A DNA stretch of 45,342 nt, from contig JBBRPR010000064.1 in the NCBI GenBank assembly GCA_038227875.1, forward strand, positions 1 to 45,342. The letters run 5' to 3'. A model generated the notes under the pieces. It searched no databases, had not been told where the DNA came from, and saw nothing but the letters and a program-made list of their open reading frames with translations. This document shows, one piece after another, positions 1 to 9,615 of this stretch (positions are counted from its first letter, which is position 1; every line of letters starts with the position of its first letter). The DNA is from Planctomycetota bacterium (GTDB lineage: Bacteria > Planctomycetota > SZUA-567 > H5-PLA8). The position numbers were made by a program, and so were the translations under genes.

Positions 1-3000
1 CCCGTCCCGCCCCCCTCCCCCCACCCCCTCCCCTTCCCGGACCCGTTCCCGTTCCCGTTCCTGTTCCCGTTCCTGTTCCCGTTCCTGTTCCCGTTCCTGT
101 TCCCGTTCCTGTTCCCGTTCCTGTTCCCGTTCCTGTTCCCGTTCCCGTTCCTGTTCCTGTTCCCGTAGAGCCCAGAATTGTGATGCTTGCGGTTCCATTG
201 ATCGCACCGCTGGTGGCGGTGATCGTGAATGGGCCTCCGGCAACGGCGCTCGCGGTCAGCAGCCCAGTGGCGGAAATGATTCCCGATCCGCTAGCGGCGC
301 TCCACACTACGGCTGGCTGCGGACTCATGATGTTACCGAACGTATCGGCGGCCACCGCCGTGAATTGCTGCGACCCGCCAGGCGAAACCGTATTCGATGC
401 AGGAGTGACAACGATGCTCCCAATCGTGCTGCTGGGTTTGATGGTTACGCTGGCGGTGCCCTGCACGGCTCCATTCTTGGCTGTGATCGTAAACGGACCG
501 CCGGCAGCGGTGTTTGCGGTGAGAAGACCGGACGCGGAGATGCTTCCCGCTCCGGCGGCGGCAGTCCACGTAATCGACGGCTGGGGACTCATGGTATTGC
601 CGAATTGATCTTTTGCGGACGCAGTGAATTGCTGAGTCGTTGCGGCGACAACACTGGCGGTGGCCGGCGAAACAGTGATGCTGCCAACGGTGGTTGTGGC
701 GGTGATCGTGACGCTGGCGGTACCGCTGATCGACGCGCTGGTGGCGGTGACGATGAACGGACCGCCCGCGGTCGTGTTAGCGGTGAGCAAGCCGGACGCG
801 GAGATCGTTCCTGCACCGGTTGCAGCGGTCCACGTAATGCTCGGCTGGAGACTCAGCGCGGCGCCAAACTGGTCTTTGGCGGTGGCTGTGAATTGCTGCG
901 TCGTACCTGCGGGGAGACTGACCAATGCAGGGGTGACGGCAATGGTGGTGAGGACCGGGTTGGCCGTCGCGGTGAAATTCTGGCCGCTGACATTGACTCC
1001 GCTAACCACGACGTTGGCGATTGTGACCGGCGAGAATGTGTACCCGCTGCGCGACGGGGTCAGCGTGTAGGTGCCGTTGGGGACGTTGGCGATCGTGTAC
1101 AGTCCACTCGCGTTGCTCACCGCGCTGCGCGTACCGTCACTCACGACGACATTGGCCAGTCCGACGCCGCCCGACGTCACGGTGCCGCTGATCGTGGATG
1201 TCACGCCTGCAGGTTTGTATGTCGCATAGACGCGGCTGTTTCCCGTGACATTCACGGTGGTAATCGCTGACGCGGGATTGGCAACCGTGCCGATCCATTT
1301 GTCGAAAACAAATCCCGTGGGTGCAGGCAGTGCGGCAATGTCGCGGGTGCCGTTGCCGTAGGAACTGCCTCCGCCCAGGCCGTTGGTCATGGCGAGGTTA
1401 TTGAAATTTGTAGCGGCATAGTTGGCGTTGACCATAACGGTCTGGCCGGTGGTCACGCCTGAGATTGTCAACGTCGTCTGAGAATCAGTAGATTTGCCGA
1501 GTGTCGCAGTGACGCCCGGTGGCAGCGCGGCAATGCTCCAGTTCTGAAAGCGCCAGCGGCTTGGCACCGTGTACGTGAAACGGTCGGTGGAGATGCCCAG
1601 CACGATTGAGCCCGCCACCGGGACCAGGAATGCACCGCTGCCGCTGTTGGTGGAACTCAGTGCGGAATTCACCACTACGTTAAAAATCGGTGAGGAACCG
1701 GCCGTCACCGTGGCCGTAGTAGTGGTCACAGATCCGAAAATGTTGGTCAGTCGGCAGGAGTAGGTGCCTGCGACAGTGGGGACAAAGGTCCCTTTGTTCG
1801 CACCGCTGATCGGGGTGTTGTTCTGATCGAGCCACTGCCATTGAATCGGCTGCGTGCCGCTAGCGGCAACGGAGAGCGCCGTCGTCGTGCCGAGTTCCGT
1901 GTGCACGGGGTTTGCGAGAATCTGCAGCGGCTGGCCCAGCGTGCCACACCGGCTGACAACCTTTCCGTACGGATTTGAAATCTGGCAGTAAAACGTCGTC
2001 TCGTCGTCGGCGGAACTCAGTGCGCCGAGCGTAACGCTGGAAGTCGTCGCGCCTGCAACCCGTGCGGCGGAGTCCACGAGCGCAATGCCGTCGCGGTACC
2101 ATTGGTAACTCAGGTTGCTGCCGCTGGCACTCACGCTGAAGGTTGCGGATCCTCCGGCCGACCAGAGTTGATTCGTCGGGTGCGAAGTGATCGCGGGCGC
2201 CGCGCCGCCGCCAGCCGCGTTGACGTGGACGATGATGCTGTCGCCGGCCGTCAGTCCGCCGGCGTCGGTGGCCACAACATTCAGCACGTAGTTACCCGTC
2301 GTGGTGAAATAGGAGGTGGGCGTCAGCGCGCGTGGATCGTCGAATGTGACTGGACCGGGTCCGCGTGCCGACCAGAGGTATGTGAGCGGGCCGCTGCCAC
2401 CCGTTCCCACGCTGGCGGTCGCGCCGGAAAAGGCGTAACTGGCGAGACTCGCTGCGCTGGATAGCGTCACGGCCGGCGAGGTCGTGGCCTTGCCGGTGCT
2501 TCCGGTGCTGACGAGGGGAGGGAAGGGGCCGGTCGGCGTCCATTGGTAGATCGTCGATCCGCTCGCGGCGTAAACCGACGTTCCATCGCAGACCAGCGCC
2601 TGATTTAACTGGGAAAAGTTGGGCTGAAATGTGGTGGTGATGGTAGTCCAGTTGGTGCCGTCGAATTTGATCACATCAGCGAATCGCCCGCCGTGATTGG
2701 CGGTGGTCAGCCATGACGCGATGGCGTAGACGTCGCCGGACGGCGCGGTGACAAACTGGCTCATCAGCCGCGTGGAGGCTCGCGACGACGCGGAGTCGGT
2801 ATCCACGGGTCCGTTCTGCGCGAGTGCGAATGCGCCGGTATTGGTGTAGACCCAAAAGTTTTTGCCGGTGTTCCGGTCGGTGTACATCAGGACTTCGCCG
2901 TTGGGCGTGCGAGACGTGGCGTAGGTCTGAGTCATGTGGAACGCGTTTGGGTTCTGATACATGGGATTTCCGGCGAGATCGCGTTCGGGCTGGTACCAGA

Positions 3001-3793
3001 GCGGATCGACCCATTCCCAGGTGTAGCCGTTGTCGAGCGAATGGACGTAAGTTCCGCATTCGCCGCCGTAGAACATTTCGCCCCACGGCGTGCGGCTCGT
3101 ACCCATGCACCATCCGGGGTTGCCAAAACTGACCGTATTGTTGCCGTAGCCAGGCTTGTCGACATAATTCGAATCACCAGGCGGCGCCATGAATGTCTTG
3201 ACGTCGGCGCGCTTGGTGAACGTCTTGCCGCCATCGGCGGAATCGATGATGCGCTGCTGGCCGGAGCTGAGCATCTCGCCGTTGTCGTCGTGGATCCAGC
3301 CCCAGATTCCTGTGCCGGTCCACGATGTTTCTTCGAGCGCGTTGAAGGTGTACGTCGTTTGCGCCCATGAGCCGGTGGCTGCATTGAAGTACCAGAGATA
3401 CGGTTCCTTGTGATAGGTAGTCTTGTTCAAATCGATAATCGTCAGCATGGGCAGTGTGTTGCCCGTGGCCGGGAAGATGCCGCTGGTTTGAAAAATCTGA
3501 GGGGCCACCGGAGCCATTCCTGTGTTGGGGAGCGCGGTGAAGGTCATGTTGGGCGCGAGGGTCGATTTGTAGAGCGTGGGCACGGTCGCGCTGCCGCCGG
3601 GCGTGGCGTAGACGGTGGTGCCGTCGTCGGCAATATAGAGCGTGACAAACGCGCCCGGAGTCCCGGTGGTGTAGGTCGTCCAGTTGCCCGTCGCTGCATG
3701 CGCACAGACCGGAATCATCACGGTAATCAGCAGGAGCGCCGGAGAGAGCAGTCGTGATCGCGAGCTGTCTTTTTGAGCGAGGTTTCGGCGCAT
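1..3793 (-). CDS. Large secreted multidomain protein (>1260 aa, 3' end outside window): signal peptide, Asp-box/BNR beta-propeller, PKD-like, Ig-like, InlB-B-repeat-like, carboxypeptidase-regulatory-like, 3x Big_2 domains, (Gly-Thr)n tract
   Basis: Not in ORF track because it has no stop in the window. Read manually from ATG 3793: MRRNLAQKDSSRSRLLSPALLLITVMIPVCAHA-ATGNW (signal peptide). Frame checked as the same at 2542 and 178. Asp-boxes SADGGKTF and SLDNGYTW; PLTYLWSARGPGPVTF (PKD-like); APAITSHPTNQ...ATFSVSASGSNLSYQWYRDG (Ig); ISGTVTSGGVGLANVVVSDG...GLYTIANVPNGTYTLTP; three TQQFTA-like Big_2 units. Confidence 0.85.
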   Translation of the reverse strand, partial: MRRNLAQKDSSRSRLLSPALLLITVMIPVCAHAATGNWTTYTTGTPGAFVTLYIADDGTTVYATPGGSATVPTLYKSTLAPNMTFTALPNTGMAPVAPQIFQTSGIFPATGNTLPMLTIIDLNKTTYHKEPYLWYFNAATGSWAQTTYTFNALEETSWTGTGIWGWIHDDNGEMLSSGQQRIIDSADGGKTFTKRADVKTFMAPPGDSNYVDKPGYGNNTVSFGNPGWCMGTSRTPWGEMFYGGECGTYVHSLDNGYTWEWVDPLWYQPERDLAGNPMYQNPNAFHMTQTYATSRTPNGEVLMYTDRNTGKNFWVYTNTGAFALAQNGPVDTDSASSRASTRLMSQFVTAPSGDVYAIASWLTTANHGGRFADVIKFDGTNWTTITTTFQPNFSQLNQALVCDGTSVYAASGSTIYQWTPTGPFPPLVSTGSTGKATTSPAVTLSSAASLASYAFSGATASVGTGGSGPLTYLWSARGPGPVTFDDPRALTPTSYFTTTGNYVLNVVATDAGGLTAGDSIIVHVNAAGGGAAPAITSHPTNQLWSAGGSATFSVSASGSNLSYQWYRDGIALVDSAARVAGATTSSVTLGALSSADDETTFYCQISNPYGKVVSRCGTLGQPLQILANPVHTELGTTTALSVAASGTQPIQWQWLDQNNTPISGANKGTFVPTVAGTYSCRLTNIFGSVTTTTATVTAGSSPIFNVVVNSALSSTNSGSGAFLVPVAGSIVLGISTDRFTYTVPSRWRFQNWSIAALPPGVTATLGKSTDSQTTLTISGVTTGQTVMVNANYAATNFNNLAMTNGLGGGSSYGNGTRDIAALPAPTGFVFDKWIGTVANPASAITTVNVTGNSRVYATYKPAGVTSTISGTVTSGGVGLANVVVSDGTRSAVSNASGLYTIANVPNGTYTLTPSRSGYTFSPVTIANVVVSGVNVSGQNFTATANPVLTTIAVTPALVSLPAGTTQQFTATAKDQFGAALSLQPSITWTAATGAGTISASGLLTANTTAGGPFIVTATSASISGTASVTITATTTVGSITVSPATASVVAATTQQFTASAKDQFGNTMSPQPSITWTAAAGAGSISASGLLTANTAAGGPFTITAKNGAVQGTASVTIKPSSTIGSIVVTPASNTVSPGGSQQFTAVAADTFGNIMSPQPAVVWSAASGSGIISATGLLTASAVAGGPFTITATSGAINGTASITILGSTGTGTGTGTGTGTGTGTGTGTGTGTGTGTGTGTGTGTGTGTGPGRGGGGGRGAGR
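45..166 (-). repeat. Hexamer tandem repeat (GTTCCY)n encoding a (Gly-Thr)n linker
   Basis: About 20 units of gttccc/gttcct on +, in frame as GGA-ACG/GGA-ACA on -. Bases 1-44 look like a degraded continuation. Confidence 0.9.
178..960 (-). repeat. Three tandem ~87-aa bacterial Ig-like (Big_2) repeats within the large CDS
   Basis: Repeated translation QQFTAxAxDxFG...QP..W.AA.G.G.IS..GLLTA...AGGPF.ITA....GTASxTI; the DNA motif gtgaattgctg recurs near 360, 624 and 888. Confidence 0.85.
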
Positions 3794-3877
3794 GCAAGAA
3801 TCTCCGTATTTCCAATGAGACAAGTTGACACCGGCAGCACTGAGCAGCTCAGCGCCGAATTTCAAGGCAGGCAGTAG

Positions 3878-5788
3878 TTACTTCTTTTCTGAAACTGACG
3901 TTCGAACGAACAGCGCTCCGTTTTTCGTTCCGGTGTACGCACGGCCATCGGCATCGAAAGCGACGTGCGTGATCACTCCGGGCAAGCCCTGAACCGTGGT
4001 CCACGTCACGCCATCATCGATGGACTGATAGAGCTGGCCGCGGTCGGAGACACAGAGCATGGAACCACGTACGTCGGAGACGAGCATGCGGACGCTGCAG
4101 CTATCCGGCAGCTCCACAGGCGTCACCGGTTGCGGCGGTGCGTACCGCCACAGCGTGTGCGTGTCACCGCCGTTTGCGCGCAGGCGAGCCAATAGCACGT
4201 CTCCGTTTTTCGCAAAGCACGCCGCGTAGCAGGTATCGAATTCCTTTCCTGCGACGGCTGGAGGAATTACTTTCCAATTCAAACCGCCGTCGCCGGATTC
4301 GAAAAATCCGTAGTACTCGGTCGCGGCGAGGACTCTATTGGCTTGCTCGGGCAGGGGACTGCAGACGACCCTGGTGCAGGCTGACGCATACGGGCGGCCC
4401 AGGTATTTGAAGTGCAGGCCGCCATCCAAGGATTTCCACAGCGTCGTCGAGTCGATAGTAGCGATAATCGCGCCGTTGGCGTCCGCGCACAGCGATGTTA
4501 CCAGTGGCGGCGTCTGCGTGGGTTTGTCCTGATCGAACGTGGACGCCGTCCAGCGCTGCGTCATGTGATCGCGGACCATGCAGGGGATGCCGGCATGATC
4601 GACATTTTTGAACGCGCATGCGGCTACAAGATCGCCGTCGGATGTCAGAGCTAGAGTCGTTGCGTACAACAGTGCGCCGGGGTTGTCTCCACTGATGTCT
4701 TTCCAGGTCTTGCCATCATCGGAGGACATGCAGATACCGCTGGCCGAGACCGCGGCGTAGAGCTCACCTTTTCGTCTGCACAGCAACGCCGTGATTTCCC
4801 GGCGCGGCAGACCTGAGCCGTTCAGGCGCGCCCAGTTGGGGTTCAGGCTGGCGGTTAAGTCGGTGGGCTCATTACGCCACGCGAACGCCACGGAAATATC
4901 CGCGGAAACAGCGGCGGCGGGGCCCTGACCATTTTTCGCGACGCTGCGTTCTCCGCCGGCGACAGCTACTTTTCCAAAGGTGTTGGCAAACTCGATCTGT
5001 CCCTGTTCCACCGCTACATCCGTCTGCTGGCGGTGGCGGATCACGCCGAATGCCGTGCCGGTGACGCGCACGTCGGCGTCGGGTGTCCGTACGAGAAAGC
5101 GCACCGGACGGTTGCCTGTTTGCTGCATGGAATGCGGCACCTGGAAGAACGCTTCGCCTTCGTTCAACTCCACGGTTAGCGGCGCTGAATTCGAAAAGGT
5201 GAGTTCCGTGCCTTCGCGCAGATTGAGTACTGTGCCGTCCGCCAGCGTCACTACTCCAGGCTTTGACGCGAAGCGCAGTCGTGCACCTGTGTTCCATTTC
5301 ATCGGTGCGTTCAGGTCGATCGTCGCCGTGACGTCGTGCCACTCCGCTGTTTGCCCGGCGGACAATTGAAGTGCCCCATTTACCGCGATGACGTCCACCA
5401 ATACGCTCGCAATAGGCTGCGGCTGGGGCTGGGTGGGGCTGCTCGGCTGAACCGAAGTAGATCGCCAAATGAAGAGAAGCGCGGCAACCGTAGCCACGGC
5501 GCACGCGGCCATCGCACCGTTCCGCCACGTGCTGACGCGGCGAAGACGCGATTCAACGCGGTAAGACCTCGATTCGTTCAACGCTGTCAGCGCCGACTGC
5601 GCGCCGGTGTGCAGCATCCGCAGCGTTCCATGCAGGTTCATCAGGCGCGCGAATTCCGCTCGAAGGCCGGGCTGGGACTCGAGCATCCCGCAGAATCGAG
5701 ATTCTTCGGCCGCGGACAAGTCGCCATCGAGGAAGCGGCTGGCCAGTTCGTGGAATTCGTGGGAAGGCGTCGCGGATTCGGCGGTCAT
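3878..5788 (-). CDS. FecR-family anti-sigma factor with C-terminal Asp-box beta-propeller
   Basis: N-terminal anti-sigma helix (FLDGDLSAAEESRF), TM segment, FecR motifs (LADGTVLNL, LNEGEAFFQV, FLVRTPDADVRVTGTAFGV, VAVEQGQI), four Asp-boxes (SSDDGKTW, SLDGGLHF, SGDGGLNW, SIDDGVTW). ATG 5788 overlaps the sigma stop (ATGA). Confidence 0.88.
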   Translation of the reverse strand: MTAESATPSHEFHELASRFLDGDLSAAEESRFCGMLESQPGLRAEFARLMNLHGTLRMLHTGAQSALTALNESRSYRVESRLRRVSTWRNGAMAACAVATVAALLFIWRSTSVQPSSPTQPQPQPIASVLVDVIAVNGALQLSAGQTAEWHDVTATIDLNAPMKWNTGARLRFASKPGVVTLADGTVLNLREGTELTFSNSAPLTVELNEGEAFFQVPHSMQQTGNRPVRFLVRTPDADVRVTGTAFGVIRHRQQTDVAVEQGQIEFANTFGKVAVAGGERSVAKNGQGPAAAVSADISVAFAWRNEPTDLTASLNPNWARLNGSGLPRREITALLCRRKGELYAAVSASGICMSSDDGKTWKDISGDNPGALLYATTLALTSDGDLVAACAFKNVDHAGIPCMVRDHMTQRWTASTFDQDKPTQTPPLVTSLCADANGAIIATIDSTTLWKSLDGGLHFKYLGRPYASACTRVVCSPLPEQANRVLAATEYYGFFESGDGGLNWKVIPPAVAGKEFDTCYAACFAKNGDVLLARLRANGGDTHTLWRYAPPQPVTPVELPDSCSVRMLVSDVRGSMLCVSDRGQLYQSIDDGVTWTTVQGLPGVITHVAFDADGRAYTGTKNGALFVRTSVSEKK

Positions 5789-6348
5789 GAGGCGCGACCC
5801 TCGCGCAACACGGTCCGTTTGGTGCAATCAAGTAGAGCGCGACGGAGGCGTACCAGCGTCATGTTGACTTTGGCGAGGCTCTGACCGAACTGGTCGGCCA
5901 GACTTTTCAGAGCGACTCCGTCTTCATAGCGGCGCTTGATCAGTTCGCGCTGTTCCGGTGGAAGCTTTTCGAGGCAGCTCAGCAAGGCCTGGCTTTCGCT
6001 CGACAGTTGGGGCGCATGTTCTTCCGCGGAAACGGCGGCGAATTCCAGGATGCGAAGCCGAACGCGAGCAGCGGCCTGAGATTGAAAATGGCGTGCGACC
6101 ACGTTGCGCGCAATACCAAACGCCCAGCGCAGATAAGGCTCCGACGTCCGGTAGTCGCCAAATTTCTTCCACAGGATCAACGTCACTTCCTGGAGCAGGT
6201 CTTCGGCGGTCTGGTAATCATGCACGGCTGCAAGCAGAAAGCTGAAGACGGCACGTTGCGCGGGCATGTGTACTTTTAGAAATTGCTCGCGGCCATCAGC
6301 GGTGTCGTCTGTGGAAGGTTCCATGTGCGTACTTTCAAGCTGCGTCAT
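5785..6348 (-). CDS. ECF-type sigma-70 factor
   Basis: Region 2 (AEDLLQEVTLILWKK...WAFGIARN) and region 4 (CLEKLPPEQRELIKRRY...LVRLRRALLDC); coupled to the FecR gene. Confidence 0.93.
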   Translation of the reverse strand: MTQLESTHMEPSTDDTADGREQFLKVHMPAQRAVFSFLLAAVHDYQTAEDLLQEVTLILWKKFGDYRTSEPYLRWAFGIARNVVARHFQSQAAARVRLRILEFAAVSAEEHAPQLSSESQALLSCLEKLPPEQRELIKRRYEDGVALKSLADQFGQSLAKVNMTLVRLRRALLDCTKRTVLREGRAS

Positions 6349-6477
6349 CGAATTGAACAGGAATTTTCAAGATTCGAAGTATTTGGGGAAGAATGTTCAA
6401 GTGCACCCGTGAGGTGTGATGTTCGATCGCAACTTCCTGCAACAGAGCGCCGGGTATGGGATTTGCGCTCTGGGTAA

Positions 6478-6625
6478 CTAGTTGAGCTTCCGCGCCAGAT
6501 CGAGAATGCGTTTATGCAACCGCGAGCTGATGCGCCCGGTGGTGTGGAGCGCGTAATGCACTGTCGTCTTGGAGACGCGCGATGCGCTTGGCGATGAGAT
6601 CCATGTCAGCCGACGGTCGTTTCAT
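6478..6625 (-). pseudogene. LacI-family regulator relic (N-terminal HTH only)
   Basis: Manual reading: MKRPSADMDLIAKRI, 1-nt frameshift near 6577, then VSKTTVHYALHTTGRISSRLHKRILDLARKLN*. TAG lies at the position of the conserved Tyr of L(G/N)YxPN. No sugar-binding domain follows. Confidence 0.75.
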
Positions 6626-6779
6626 GCTGAATCGATTACCCAATGGCTGCCAAATGCAAGCGCGATTGGCACCATCCCACCTACGCTGACGGTCAACAAC
6701 GGATCGACCGCGTTTCGTGATTTTGGATTGTGTGTCGATGCAACCCGAACTCTAATGTGGAAAGGGGATTGGGTATACT

Positions 6780-9440
6780 TTACTTCTTGGCCGGACCTTC
6801 CCGCGTTGTCGTGGCGGCGAGGACTACTCGGAAGCCGAAGGCATCATACAGGCTGCGATCGCCTTTCCACATGGCGCCGCGCGTAGCCGAGCGGCAATTT
6901 GCGGCAATCCCGTTGCGGGTGCCGCCGCGCATCACGCAATCTCGGCCCTCTGGAACTTCCGGATCTTCGGCGGCGGATTTGGAATACGCATCAGCGACGA
7001 ACGCATCGACGCAATACTGCCACGCACTGCCGTGCATGTCGTAAAGGCCCCAGGCGTTGGGTTTTTTCTGACCAACGGGGTGCGGCTTTCCGCCTGAATT
7101 CTTTTCGTACCAGCCGGCCTGATCCAGTGCCGCTTCGGTGTCGCCGGTGTAATACTTGGTCTTGGTTCCGGCGCGGCAGGCGTATTCCCATTCGGATTCG
7201 GTCGGCAGTCTTACATTCTTACCCGTGAGTTTGCTGACCTTTTTACAGAACTCCAACGCATCGGCATAGTTCGCTCTATCTTCGGGTAGATTGTCGCCTT
7301 TGTTTTGGGAGGGATTGACGCCCATCACCTTCTCGAATTGCTGCTGGGTGACGATGTACTTTCCCATGCAGAATGGATGCGTGATTCGGACTTTGTGGAC
7401 GGGCTTTTCATTCGCATCGCCGTCGTTGGAACCCATTTCGAAGTCGCCAGCAGGAATGGGCATCAGGTCCAGTTTCACGCCGCCACCCAGGTCCAGCGTG
7501 ACGGCTTGGGAGGCGAGGAGCATCGTGTCGAGTTCCTCCAGCCGCGTCTGGAGCGTCTCTGCATGGTACTTGACCCACTCGGTTCCAGCGAAGTCGTGCT
7601 CCAACGCTTCGTAGACGGGCCTCGCGCCTTTCCAGTTTTTGGCGGCGAAGAGATCCTCTGCTTTTTTCCAGAGCGCCTGGGCTTTGGATTCACGAGCAGC
7701 GCCCTGTTCAGCCAACTCCAGTTGCTTGATGGCGGCTTGAAGCACGTGGCCGTCGCAATGCAACAGTGCCTTGTCGGCGGATTCGAAATCCTGCCGGGCC
7801 AGCGCGCCGAAGACCTGTCCCATCCATTCGTCGCTGGTGGATGGAGCAGGAAGTGGAGCCAGCGCCTCCCGCGACGCCGGCAGCAGATCCGCGACCGCGA
7901 CCTGGACGGTGGCTGATCCCATGGTGGCTCCGTTGATGACCAGTGGCTTATCGAGCTTGAGTGTCTCGGCGTCGGCGGCCAGCACGTTGCCTTCAACGAC
8001 TCCGGACTTGGTCTCCAACTTGATTTTATGCCCTACGTTTTTCGCGAACGCTTCGCGCCAGATTCTGTCCCGCTTCTGCAGCACTTCCAGCACCGGCTTG
8101 AGGGCCTTGCGAGATTCGACCGGCGCATCCTGATTTTGCGCCACCGCTCGCAGTGCCGCGGTCACGTCTGATTGACCCAGCGGAACCAACACCTGACGGA
8201 GCAATTGCTGAGTAGCGATTTCGGCGTCCACAACTTTTGATTGCTGCGATTCCGCGGCCGGCGTCTTCGTTCCAGGCGGCGGCTGGTCGGGAAGATCGGG
8301 CATGGTCGCATGGGTCTTCTTGAATTGCTCGATCGCGGCAATGCCTTCACGCAGGGTTTTCGCGGACAATGTCATTTCGGAATCGCCGTGGTCTTTCAGA
8401 AATGCGTCGACCAGCGCCAGCCGATCGGTGCTGTTTTCTTTTTCCAGCGCTCCGATTTTTTTGACCATGGCGTCGTAGTCGGATTTTGCCAGCGCTTCAG
8501 CGTCAGGTTTGGGTGGTGTGACTGGAGTCGCTGACGCCAATTCCTTGCGCAGCGCCCGGGCTCGGCCGGAGACGATCGAATCGCCAAACTGAGTCAGAAA
8601 GGCATCAATGCGTTCGATCCGCCCCGCGCTGTCGTCTGCTGCGAGTCCATCGAAACGTTGCATCAAATCGAATGCGTTTTTAGCTCGGGATTCTGGATCG
8701 TCGGTGGTCCTCGAAGCCAGCGTCGACGTAACCGATGGAGCGTCGACACGGGGAGGCAACGGGGACGGCGCGGTATCCATCGGGTGGGCATTGGAGCCTT
8801 CCTTCTCGACTTTCGCGATGTTTTTAACCGGGTGCGAATTGGAGAATAATACGAAAGCGCCGATCAGCGTCACTACTGCGGCGGCTGCGATCATCGCGGC
8901 GAAGGGCTTGCTTTCCGGTGTGAGCGCGGACTGCTGCCCTCCCAGTCCCAGTACACGCTTGCTCAGTTTGGCTGGGGTAATGTTGGCCTTGGATCCCAGC
9001 TCGGTTGCTTTGAAACCCGACGCCGGCACTCCCGCGTTGCCGCCGGACTTGCGCGTGGGCTTGCGCAAATCGGCTGCGCTGATGGCATCGAACTCCATCG
9101 TGTTCACGCCCACGGCGCAATCGCTGCAGAAGACGCCTTTGAGCTTCTTGTCGCGGCCCTGGCCTTCGAGAATCTGGCGGTCGGTGATGCGCTTTCCACA
9201 GGTCTCACAGAAATAGAATTTGATGTCGCCGGTAGTCGGTGCTGCGGGCGTGCCGAGCGCTGGGCTCCTGGCTTCCGGCGCCCTTTTATCGGGCTGAATC
9301 ACGGCCGATACGATGGCGCTCCCACGCCAAACGCGAGGAGCGCACGTGGAACAGTGGACTTTGTCATCATTGCCACGTGCGGCCGCAAGTTCACTGGAAG
9401 GAACGCGGACGCCGCAAGTGTCGCAATAAACAATATCCAC
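6780..9440 (-). CDS. Membrane-anchored protein: two N-terminal Cys4 Zn-finger-like motifs, TM helix, helical region, C-terminal FGE/SUMF1-fold domain
   Basis: CDTC...CSTC and CETC...CSDC; TM AAMIAAAAVVTLIGAFVLF; FGE-fold motifs IPAGDFEMGS, EKPVHKV, RLPTESEWEYACRAG, HPVGQKKPNAWGLYDMHG, GFRVV. Confidence 0.88.
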   Translation of the reverse strand: MDIVYCDTCGVRVPSSELAAARGNDDKVHCSTCAPRVWRGSAIVSAVIQPDKRAPEARSPALGTPAAPTTGDIKFYFCETCGKRITDRQILEGQGRDKKLKGVFCSDCAVGVNTMEFDAISAADLRKPTRKSGGNAGVPASGFKATELGSKANITPAKLSKRVLGLGGQQSALTPESKPFAAMIAAAAVVTLIGAFVLFSNSHPVKNIAKVEKEGSNAHPMDTAPSPLPPRVDAPSVTSTLASRTTDDPESRAKNAFDLMQRFDGLAADDSAGRIERIDAFLTQFGDSIVSGRARALRKELASATPVTPPKPDAEALAKSDYDAMVKKIGALEKENSTDRLALVDAFLKDHGDSEMTLSAKTLREGIAAIEQFKKTHATMPDLPDQPPPGTKTPAAESQQSKVVDAEIATQQLLRQVLVPLGQSDVTAALRAVAQNQDAPVESRKALKPVLEVLQKRDRIWREAFAKNVGHKIKLETKSGVVEGNVLAADAETLKLDKPLVINGATMGSATVQVAVADLLPASREALAPLPAPSTSDEWMGQVFGALARQDFESADKALLHCDGHVLQAAIKQLELAEQGAARESKAQALWKKAEDLFAAKNWKGARPVYEALEHDFAGTEWVKYHAETLQTRLEELDTMLLASQAVTLDLGGGVKLDLMPIPAGDFEMGSNDGDANEKPVHKVRITHPFCMGKYIVTQQQFEKVMGVNPSQNKGDNLPEDRANYADALEFCKKVSKLTGKNVRLPTESEWEYACRAGTKTKYYTGDTEAALDQAGWYEKNSGGKPHPVGQKKPNAWGLYDMHGSAWQYCVDAFVADAYSKSAAEDPEVPEGRDCVMRGGTRNGIAANCRSATRGAMWKGDRSLYDAFGFRVVLAATTTREGPAKK

Positions 9441-9615
9441 ACGTGCTCCCGCAAACTTGCCACAGATTGCTTAGGCACGCCCTCGTGCAATGGACGCAAG
9501 CGATCAAGGCAGCAAGTATATTACCACATCCGCTCGATCGCAGGCAAATGATACCGCGGCTGAGGCTCGTGGGCTATTTTAAGTAAACACTGTGGCCAAT
9601 TGTGGACGCGCCTGT

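Noticed and set aside
1..166. Tandem repeat as CRISPR array or telomere-like repeat
   Set aside because: 6-bp units with no spacers, in frame as Gly-Thr codons; no cas genes.
180..3815. Numerous listed ORFs (e.g. 180-608 +, 365-1270 +, 3174-3815 -)
   Set aside because: Antisense or off-frame shadows of the single large minus-strand gene.
6350..7000. Diversity-generating retroelement targeting the FGE/CLec-fold C-terminus
   Set aside because: No template-repeat copy of the 3' region seen nearby and no reverse transcriptase in the window; a remote DGR cannot be excluded.
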